NCBI RefSeq assembly: GCF_009914755.1
Contig: NC_060928.1
Length of the DNA stretch: 64,000 bases
Strand: one strand, 5' to 3'
DNA from: the human T2T-CHM13v2.0 reference genome, Homo sapiens
Position 1 is the first letter of the stretch. Every line of letters starts with the position of its first letter. A program made the position numbers and the translations under genes. The notes below the pieces were generated by a model. It saw nothing but the letters and a program-made list of their open reading frames with translations. It was not told where the DNA came from and ran no database searches. Below are positions 53,866 to 64,000 of this stretch, piece by piece.

Positions 53866-55281
53866 CTAGTGAAGTCCATGTTACTGTGAATGATTAAAAT
53901 TACAAAAAATTACAAGCTGCTAAAAGGTCTCAACCACCTTTATCTGAAATATTAGAAGAGTGGAACACCCACACTTCATGTATATTAAGTGCCAGGTAGT
54001 TCCAGGGTGGAAAGTGGCTTTCCAAGTAGCAGATAGACGCTTAAACATCTCCAAGTATGCAAGAATCTCCTATTTTGTGGGCATTTTCCTCCTCCTAGAG
54101 GCTTGGGCTCCCTCTCCCCATTATTTAATCACCCCATGATGAGGAACCCATCCTTTAGACATCCTAAGTCCCGATTGCCTCAGCATGATGCTGCAGCACC
54201 ATAGTAAATGGGCACGCCATGTGAGCATCTAGATGTAAAGATTGAGTCAAGTAGTAGCACAAGGATGCAACTTTAATAGCACGTTTCCTTACTTTTCATT
54301 ATCTTTTATTGGAAATAGAAATAAACAAAGTGAAATGTATCAGTGCTGAAAACAATCGTGTATTAAAGTATCTATGAAGCATCAAGTGCAACTTTCTGAA
54401 GGAAGATAGGCATAGCCTACTGTCTACAATACTGACCAAAAAGGCTTATTTGCCAGCAGGAATATTTCTTAAAAAAAAAAAAAAAAAAGACAAAGGAAAG
54501 ATGATAAAACTGGGTCAGATGATTGTGTAAAGTTTTCTACTTAGATGCAAACATCAAATGATAAAATTTCCTCTTTCCCTGTGTAAACCTTTCAGTGTCT
54601 TGAAATTATCCCGGATCATTTTCTCTTTATTTCATTTATTTTATAATTTTGCCAGATACTTTTGTATGGGAAAATGGGACGCTTTGGCAGGAAGGAAAAA
54701 GGAGTACTGATATCAGGTTCCTGTACTGGGGAGCAGTTTCTGTGAGTTGTGGAGCTGAGGTGGGAGCTGGGAGGAGCTAGAAGCCTGTGTTGTCTTAAGC
54801 TCTGTTAAAGGCTATACTAGGTAGTCACGAAGCCGTTTCCCAAAGGTTTTTTTTCTGATTCACCACAATGTAAATAAAACCCCCAAAGCTCAAACAATTA
54901 TCTACTGAGATCAGGTTATCCCTGGATTCCTTTACACATCCCAATGTAACATCTTTCAACACTTGAATCCATTTTTTAACTGTCTTGTTTTCCTATAGTA
55001 ACTATTGCATTAAATTACCATGCAGGAGAAAGATTTTAATCTTGGCTTCTCAGTTTTGTGAAAGCTTGTTTTATAACCCCGGATCAGCCCTGTTTTTACA
55101 TTTTAAAAAGTGAGATAAGAAACATCTCATCCTTTGCAAAGAAGGGCAAGTCTTCCATTTGGTTGTTTGAGGGTGGTTAAAAAGGTCCCTCACAGCACAT
55201 TTCAATAAAATATGTATAAATGGAAATAGCTGATTTCTATTTTTCAGAAAAACAACAACAACAACAACAACAACAAAACCC

Positions 55282-55607
55282 GGCTGGGCGTGCTGGCTCA
55301 CACCTGTAATCCCAGCACTTTGGGAGGCCGAGGCGGGCGGATAACCTGAGGTCAGGAGTTCGAAACCAGCCTGGCCAACATGGCGAAACCCCGCTTCTAC
55401 TAAAAATACAAATATTAGCTGGGTGCAGCGGTGGGTGCCTGTAATCCCAGTGGCTCGGGAGGCTGAGGCAGGAGAATCACTTGAACTCAGGTGGCAGAGG
55501 TTGAAGTGAGCCGAGATTGCACCATTGCACTCCATCCTGAACGACAGAGCAAGACTGCGTCTAAAAAAAAAATAAATTAAAAAACAAACAAACAAACAAA
55601 CAAAAAA
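55282..55607 (+). mobile_element. AluSx-like, flanked by (CAA)n and (CAAA)n
   Basis: Both monomers present; both flanks end in aaaaccc. Confidence 0.95.
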
Positions 55608-56557
55608 CCCATTGTATTTAGAAAGAGAATATTTTGTTAAAATTTTGAGGCTAAATTTTATTGTTTAGAATATCTTTTTAAAGTGTCCTATGGAGCTTAT
55701 ACTGTAAACTATGCCACTTGCATTCAGTCATCTTTCCATGTAGTAATTTTGGTCTTATGCTACGGTTACTTAAAAGCTATTCAAATTATTATGTTGTGAC
55801 TCTATATTTCTCCATTTTTGACTGTTGTCCTGTTATTCTTACTCATTTAGAAGCTCCAAAGAAGATTGTTCCCAGCATATAAGCACACATGAACATATTG
55901 TGTTACATTTCTCTTTGCTTATTTTCTTCCCACCTTCTACCCATTCAAAAAAATCAGTCAAGAATGACTCAGAGATACCTGAATGGAGTTTGCAGTTCTG
56001 CATTAAAATTGAAGCCAAAATTAAGAACACTCTCTGAAGGACTGATTTCAGAAGAAATAATTTGATTCTTATTTCTTAGATGAAAATTGGTTCTCCCTAC
56101 TAAGCTACATTGGACAAATCCAAATTACAAAAATTTGCCTTAGTTATATGACTATTTCTGAATACATCGTTATAACGATTGCTATGTTTTGCTATTTTAA
56201 ACGATCCATAATAACTCCATTTTGTCATTTTCCTGTGTACATACAATCAGACTTAGGGCCTTTGCATGCTTTCAGTTTGTACTCTTTGATGGTATTAGAA
56301 TACCCTTTCTCTATATCTAGCACTCAGTAGGCATTTGATACATCTTTACTGACTAAATAGTTATCTCTTTAGCTACTTTCAAGCCTATTTCTATCTTTTC
56401 TATCCCTTCTTCTTACTATTTCCATGAGGTAGGCAGAACTGACTACCTCCATTCTCAAGGATGAAGAATCCATGGCCCAGGGAGGGAGAAGACCATCCCC
56501 AGTCCTTCTAATAACTTATGCAATATCTTTCCTCTTTTCACCGGCCTCCTTTGCATT

Positions 56558-56766
56558 CATGATTCTCAACTGGGAGCAATTTTTTCCCTTCCTCCCTCTT
56601 AGGGGACATTGTCTGGAGACATTTTTTGTTGTCACAAGAGGGGTCCTACTTGCATCAAGTAGGTAGTGGTCAGAGATGCTGCTAAACATCCTACAATATA
56701 TAGGACAGTCCCACAAAAAGAATTGTCTGGCCCAAATATCACTAGTATTGCTTTTGAGAAACACTG
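56558..56766. mobile_element. MER20 hAT-Charlie element
   Basis: ttctcaactggg...tgtctggagacatttttt...gatgctgctaaacatcctacaat...ttgagaaacactg. Confidence 0.85.
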
Positions 56767-57011
56767 TTTTGCATGTGCCTGCAATGCCTTTGATGGTCCT
56801 CAAAGCCGATGACACCTGAGGACCTCAGCTCCTGTGGCAGGTTGGTGGACTGGCTGGTTGTGAATGCAAGAGCCCAGTGGTAGGTAGCTGAGAGTCCACC
56901 TTTTTTCTGGAGGTTGAAGTCACTTGACATATTAATGGATGGAGATTATTCAATTTTAAATATTTTTATCTTTAATTGCAAAAGGAACACATGCTCCATG
57001 CATACAACTTA

Positions 57012-57533
57012 TGTCAATGACCATCTTTGGCCAAATACCACAAGAAACACACCTATTCTAAAAGTTAGATTTGTGGATTTTGCTGTAGCAAGGGAGGCTG
57101 CTGAAAACCATAGCAGTAAGAGGCTGTTACAGGGGCTCGTTAGGATTAGCTTGTGTTGGGTATTTTGGGTAGGGTTCGAGGATGTGTGGATTGGGAGGAA
57201 GTGGAAGAAGGGGAATTCTATAATTATATTACAAGTTTTTATCTTAGGAGGTAGGAGAACAGAGTAGGTTAACAAACACTATAGTCAGCAAGGAAGTTGA
57301 AGTCACTCATATTTGGCTCTTTGTGGTTTGCACAGCGTTTTTATTTTTGTCTGTGCTCAGACATGTTTACAGAGTGGTCCTGTGTTTGTTTTACTTCATC
57401 ATGGTTACAGATAAAGGTCACATGCTGTTGGTGCAGTGTGAAATTATGTTCATCAGGAGAACAGTATGATGCAGCTATTAGAGCCAGTCCAGCTTCCAGC
57501 TGATAGCTCTCAGGGGCTTCTTTTTCTTTCTCA
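57012..57533 (-). mobile_element. Probable old ERV1-type solo LTR
   Basis: tgtc...ttttctttctca termini; MER34/MER90-like end. Confidence 0.45.
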
Positions 57534-57539
57534 TTTGGA

Positions 57540-60500
57540 ACACATGAAAAGGCACAAAGAAAAACAACAAACAAACAAATAAGCAGAAAATACCTTATAA
57601 TCGCACCATTCTGAAAGAAGAAAATTCAGATGTTTGTTGTAGGTCTTTTTAGTATTTTCCCAGTCATGTAACTATCATCAAAATGATAGTATAATTTATC
57701 AAACAAGGTTTAGTAGTCTGCTTTATCACTTAGCAAGATATCAAAAACATTTTTCTCATGTCAGCAAATGTTTTACTACAACATGATTTTTTATTGGTTG
57801 CAAAACATTTCATGAGATTAATAGCCTATAACTTAATCAATTCCATATTGTTAAACATGTACATTATTCAAATTTTTTACTATTATAAAAGTATTGAGAT
57901 ATATATCCTTGTACAACATGTGTTATTTTCCTCAGAATAAATTTCTAAAAGTATAATCAGTAGGTCAAAGAATAACCACATTTTTAAAGAACTTTTATGT
58001 TGAAATAATTATATTTTAGGATGATAGCCTTTGTCTGCTGGTCAGAAGAAAATCATAAGAAATTGGGTTAAGTGATTATTATGGAGATCTTCTTTACCAA
58101 GTTTTGTTTTAGAATCCTGAGGCTAGTAAAGGACAAATAATAATAAGTACAAATTTATATAACTGGAGAAAATCTCGTAAGCTTGATGAGGGATTTGGGG
58201 AGAAAGCTTATTTTCATCATGTGAAATGTGTCAGAAAGTTTTAGCCTCTTACGCAAAAATCAACTACAAATCAGAAAAGGAAACCTGTTGATATCTTCCT
58301 CCCCCTACCCATGGAGCATCAAGTTAACTGCTTTTCTCTCTGACAATTAGAAGAGAGGGTATCTCTGACTCAAAGCAGAGGAGAGTGGTGACTTGATTCC
58401 TTAAAAGTGAAGGTACATGTTGGATGAGGTGAGTTCAGATGAAGATAGGGAAACTTTGAGCAGGAGAGTGAAGCTTTGATTCTTCTTTTCCAATTCCTAC
58501 AAGTTTTATTTCCTTTTCTGGGCTAGTTATATTAGATAGCATCCTCAGGTATAAAACTGCATAACAATGGAGATTAAGGAGCACGTGGTTCCTGATTTAA
58601 TGAAACTGGATTAACAGTTTTATAACTAATGTACTGTTTGATCCAACTTTTTGATAGAAACTCTTTTCCAGGTTAAAGAGGTTTTCTTTTATGCCTAGCT
58701 TACCAAGAATTTTAATCATAAGTGAGTAAATGTTGCAATTTATCAAAAAAATTGTGCATCAGTTAGACAAACATTTTTCTTTTAATCTGTTAATGTTGTG
58801 TAAAAGATCAGTAGATTTTCTGATATTCAACCATTCTTCTATCCTTGTACTAAACCCAACTTGATCAATATGAAAATGACTAAATTCAGCTGACTAATAT
58901 TTTTGTATCTCTATTCGTAAGTAAATTTGGACTATAATTATATTGTCCTTTTTTATTTTGGGGTCAACTAGCTTTCTAGAAGTATTCAGCAACTTTCTTT
59001 CATTGTCAATTATCTAAAACAGTTTTTATAAAATAGAGATTATCTGTTCCTTGTAAATTTGTTATAACTTGCTTCTAAAACCATGTCCTCTTACATTCTT
59101 ACCCCATTCTCAACCCCCACCAATAGAATAATTGATAGTCAACATTTTAAATGGTTACTCATTTGAGAAAATTTTAATAATTAATATTTTATGGACTATT
59201 ATACCATTTCATCTACATTTTTGAAAATTAATTAGAATATATATTGTATTTTAATATTTTCTTTTAAATATTTCCACTGTTTCTGCAGTTACATCTTCTC
59301 TCATTTTTCCTGATAATGTTTATTTGTGTATATTCATGTTATTTTTCTTATTTGTCTTGCTAGAGATTTGTGTATTTCATTAGATTTTTCTAAAGACCAG
59401 TTTTGGAGGTCTTAATTCTTTATATTTTTTTCTTATTTATTAATTCTGTGTTCTATAGGTTTATTTGTATTTTCTTTTCCTATGTTTTTGGGTTTAATGT
59501 ATCTATTTTCCATTTTTCTTATTGAAAAAAATTATACAAGTGCCACTTGAATTGCTTCCTGTAAGTTTTTGCATGTGCTAACTTCACTAACATCTCATTC
59601 TAAATAATTTCCACTGTGATTCCTCTTTATTTCATCAGTAATTTAAGATTTGAACTTTATATTCCCTAGGATATGAAATTTTAAAATTATGTTTTATTTT
59701 ATTTGTTACTTAATCAATTTATGGTTAGAGAATGTGACTTGTATGGTTCTGAATCTCTGTAATTTGTTAAGATATCTTTTATGAGCTAGAATGTGGTCAG
59801 TTCTGAAAATGCATTTATTAGCTCAAGCTTGTTAGTTTTGTGGTTCAGATTTTTAAGTCCATGCTATTTTTTTCTCACTTGATCTATTACTATCTTATAG
59901 AAATGTGACAATATATCTACTACAATTGTGGATTTGTAAATTTCTGCCATGATTTTGTCTATTTGTATGTGTGTGTGTGTGTGTGTGTGTGACACTATGT
60001 GTATTCAAGTGTATGTTGTTGGCATATTTAAGTTCATTATTGTTATAACGTCTTATTTTATTACTTTTATTATTATATTGTTTCCTTCTGTTTTTCAATA
60101 AAGCTTTCTCCCTTAACATCTATTTTGTCTGATGTAAATATTGTTACATCAGTATTCCTTTCTGTGTGGTTTTTTTCAGGTGTTTTTCTTTTAAAGAACA
60201 TATAACTTGATATTACATACATATATATGGTTATATAGACATCTATCTGTATCAATCAATCAGTCTATAGGTCTCTCTCTTTCTTGTCTCTCTCACCACA
60301 CACACACACACACACACAAAGTGTATTCACATGAACCAATTTAAAGATCTAGGTTCTTCAATAGCTAAGCATAATCAATTATATTTATTGTGATTAAGGA
60401 TATATTTATCTCTATTTTCATCATCTTAATTTGTATTTTTGATTTATGATCATTTACCTTTGTTTCTATTTTTCTCCTTCTCTTTGGTCTTTTGAGTCAA

Positions 60501-61800
60501 TAATATTTTCTGCAATTATTTTCCTACCTCTGCTGGTAAGGCAGCTAAAGATTATACCTTTAAATAATTTTACCTTTAAACTTCTTGTTTTTTCTGAATC
60601 AATTTAGAAAGTTTAGTTTCCTAAGGATAAGGACATGCTTGTGACACAGCCTCAGAAGGTCCTAATGACATATGCCCAAGGTGGTCAGGGTATAGCATGG
60701 TTCTATACATTTTAGGGAGACATGAGACATCAAACAGTATGTGTAACATGTGCATTGGTTTTATATCTATATCTATATACTCAAGTATAAACTTTTCAAC
60801 AAAATTAAAATTGTTGGGTATTTCCAGTCTCCTCCTGAGCAAGGGTCTTAGCACTCTTTAACTATATATTGAACTACACACCTGTTTTATAACTGTTAAA
60901 TGTTTCAATATTTTTGTAACAGGAAATGTTTATTATTTATTTTTATAGCTAATACTTGATTAAATTTATTGGCATTTTTAATGATTTTTCTGCTCATCAT
61001 TGCTTCCTATATTCTTCCCTACTTTCTGGGTTTACTTTTTAAAATATTTTTTTCAATAATTATTTTCTGTGGAAGGTAAACTATTTTTATTCTTATATGA
61101 GATATGTAGTCTTACCATTCTTATATATTCTGAAAGTTTATTTTGCCCCCTTTTGAAATGATGGTTTAGCTGAATACAACCATAATACAACCCCTGTTTT
61201 CAGGGAGCATTTAGGAATTTTTTTTGTCCCCTGGCATATATTGTTTCTCTCAAGAAACGTGGATCGTTCTGGTTGTTCCTTTGTAGCTAACATGTCTTTT
61301 TACAACAAGATGATATCTTTCCTTGATGTTTTACAGTTTTTCTATAATGGGTTTCTGTGGGATAATTTTATTTATTCTTATTGGTATTTACAGTGGATTT
61401 TTAATCTGAGGTGTCATGATTTCACTTTTGAAAAACTCTCAATAAATATTTCTTCATATTCCTTCCATTTTCTTTTTCTCAAACTCTCATTAAATAAATG
61501 TTGGTGTTTCTCAAACAATCCTGATTCTTAACTCTCTTATGTTCCTGACTTCAGTGTCTTTGTGTTGTGGGTGAATTTCTTAGTGCCATCTTTTAGTACT
61601 CGAATTCACTCTTCAACCACTTCTTATCTAGCATACATGTAGTATGTTGCATTTTTATTTTATGTATTTTACTTTTCATTCTTAAGACTTCTGATTTTTA
61701 TTTTCTATTTATTATACTTAATTTCTTATTGTTTTGTCATTTTTGTTTTTAATTTATATATTGCATCTTATTATTTCTTATTTCTTATCTTTTCGAATTT
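57540..61800 (-). mobile_element. Highly decayed ancient L1M fragments
   Basis: T-rich antisense ORF2-like blocks; ORF 60073..60255 contains SDKIDVK (endonuclease-like). Confidence 0.6.
60625..60762 (-). mobile_element. MER41/MER4-type LTR fragment
   Basis: gtgacacagcctcagaaggtcc...ccaaggtggtcaggg...atacattttagggagacatgagacatcaa. Confidence 0.75.
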
Positions 61801-61813
61801 CTAAATATATTTC

Positions 61814-62647
61814 TTTTTTTTAATTATACTTTAAGTTTTAGGGTACATGTGCACAACGTGCAGGTTAGTTACATATGTATACATGTGCCATGTTGGTGTG
61901 CTGCACCCATTAACTCGTCATTTAACATTAGGTGTATCTCCTAATGCTATCCCTCCACCGTCCCCCAACCCCACAACAGTCCCTGGTGTGTGATATTCCC
62001 TTTCCTGTGTCCATGTGTTCTCATTGTTCAATTCCCACCTATGAGTGAGAACATGTGGTGTTTGGTTTTTTGTCCCTGCGATAGTTTGCTGAGAATGATG
62101 GTTTCCAGCTTCATCCATGTCCCTACAAAGAACATGAACTCATCCTTTTTTATGGCTGCATAGTATTCCATGGTGTATATGTGCCACATTTTCTTAATCC
62201 AGTCTATCATTGTTGGACATTTGGGTTGGTTCCAAGTCTTTGCTATTGTGAATAGTGCCGCAATAAACATACATGTGCATGTGTCTTTATAGCAGCATGT
62301 TTTATAATCCTTTGGGTATAGACCCAGTAAAGGGATTGTTGGGTCAAATGGTATTTCTAGTTCTAGATCCCTGAGGAATCGCCACACTGACTTCCACAAT
62401 GGTTGAACTAGTTTACACTCCCACCAACAGTGTAAAAGTGTTCCTATTTCTCCACATCCTCTCCAGCACCTGTTGTTTCCTGACTTTTTAATGATTGCCA
62501 TTCTAACTGGTGTGAGATGGTATCTCATTGTGGTTTTGATTTGCATTTCTCTGATGGCCAGTGATGGTGAGCATTTTTTCATGTGTTTTTTGGCTGCATA
62601 AATGTCTTCTTTTGAGAAGTGTCTGTTCATGTCCTTCGCCCACTTTT
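61814..62647 (-). mobile_element. 5'-truncated L1PA (L1PA4-like); 200-aa ORF2 C-terminal frame still open
   Basis: ttatactttaagttttagggtacatgtgcacaacg 3' end; ORF 62028..62630 has [26 protein letters not shown] and ends SLIGGN. Confidence 0.95.
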
Positions 62648-63321
62648 CTATTAATACTTTATCAGACTACCCTATAAAATTAGCTTTACCTTGGGTCAAT
62701 TCATATCCTAGTTGTTAGTTTCTCTATTTTAGTTTTGGCTCACAGCAGACACTTTTAGTTGCAATCATTTCATAGGGGCCAGTTTTTGTTCACTCCCCCA
62801 ACTTTCATTCCTACCTTCTAACACTAGATTTCAGCATGCCCAAGGCTTCATCTCTACTCAGCAATTTACATTTATGATCTATTTATGGTCAATAGGAATG
62901 TCTTATTTTCTGAGCCTAGCTATGTCTTCATGATTTTTTCTTTATGTATTTCATCTGTAGTTGCTATGCTTTTAGTATAGAGAGTGCTTGTATGTGTGTA
63001 CATGCTTTTAGGCATGAATTTCCTGTGTCTTTCTGACCAAAATTATCCTTACAGTCCCTCCCAATCCCTCTCTTCCAATAGGTGATTTTTCCAAATTATT
63101 ACTCTTCAAACAGTCAGTAAATGCTCATAATCACTAAGCACACTATTCTTCTCTTGTGTTTAGGACCTAATGGTACATGTCAAATATGTACAAGAATAAA
63201 AGACAAGGTTTCTGACCTCAAATAATTTACATCTAGTCACAGAGACAAGTGAGAAGGACAGTACACAGGGTAGTAAGGATTAATTACAATAGCATAGATT
63301 TCCAAGAACATAATAGGCACT

Positions 63322-63677
63322 TGATATGGTTTGGCTCTGTGTCTCCACCCAAATCTTATCTCAAATTATAATCCCCACATGTTGAGGGAGATATCTGTAA
63401 TCCCCACGTGTGAGGGAGGGAGGTGATTGGATCATGGGGGCGGTTTCCCCCATTCTGTTCTCATGATAGTGAGTTTTCATGAGATCTGATAGTTCTATAT
63501 GTGTTTGACAGTTCCTCCTTTGCACACTCTCTCTCCTGCTGCTTTGTGAAGAAGGTGCCTGCTTCCCCTTCCACCATGATTGTAAGTTCCCTAAGGCCTC
63601 CCAGCCATGCCTCTTTCCTTTATAAGTTACCCAATCTCAGGGATTTCCTTATAGCAGTGTGAAAATGAACTAATACA
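63322..63677 (+). mobile_element. THE1D/MSTA-like solo LTR
   Basis: tgatatggtttggctctgtgtc...gaactaataca; TSD gcact/gcacc. Confidence 0.9.
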
Positions 63678-63738
63678 GCACCCAATACTTATTTCTTATG
63701 TTTCTATGCCTTTGTCCATGAATCATAGGAGTCAGGTG

Positions 63739-63742
<4 letters not shown>

Positions 63743-63776
<34 letters not shown>

Positions 63777-63984
63777 GACACATACATATACATGTACATA
63801 TACATATGTACGTGTGTGTATATACACATATACATATGTACGTGTGTGTATATACACATATACATATGTACGTGTGTGTATATACACATATACATATGTA
63901 CATATGCGTACATATATATGTACATATGTGTGTGTATATACACACACATACATATATGTGTGTGTATATATATACACATATATA
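63743..63984. repeat. Compound alternating purine-pyrimidine repeat with ~3 copies of a 30-bp unit
   Basis: (TA)n(CA)n, then repeated catatacatatgtacgtgtgtgtatataca. Confidence 0.95.
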
Positions 63985-64000
63985 GACTTTTGTGCCAGAT

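Noticed and set aside
55071-55595. 174-aa ORF and similar ORFs at 1614, 7058, 10704, 17145, 19073, 37573 and 48775
   Set aside because: Typical Alu read-through peptides
62028-62630. 200-aa ORF as a functional gene
   Set aside because: C-terminus of L1 ORF2 in a promoterless, 5'-truncated copy
63704-63979. Repetitive Y/I/H/C-rich ORFs
   Set aside because: Translation of a microsatellite

Overview
Primate, almost certainly human, repeat-rich non-coding DNA; the evidence for human is a near-consensus AluYd8. I can support no intact cellular protein-coding gene, and nearly all listed ORFs are Alu, L1, ERV or microsatellite read-throughs. The main structure is an 18-kb nested stack at ~18.74-36.92 kb. 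A palindromic hAT-type MITE was split by two insertions: (i) a MER21-like LTR that carries an AluYd8, and (ii) a full-length L1MA on the minus strand. The L1 holds a two-LTR MST (MaLR) element, which in turn holds a 7.3-kb HERV-H provirus (24963-32222). The provirus is atypical: a Phe-like PBS, a matrix-coding gag start, an essentially undeleted pol (YIDD, RNase H, IN), a 4x23-bp hairpin array in the leader, a fold-back templated insertion in integrase, and two LTRs that agree in U3 but disagree strongly in R/U5. Several repeat-free AT-rich blocks look like candidate enhancers. I found no convincing new biological system. Subfamily names come from recalled consensus sequences and need Dfam/RepeatMasker confirmation.
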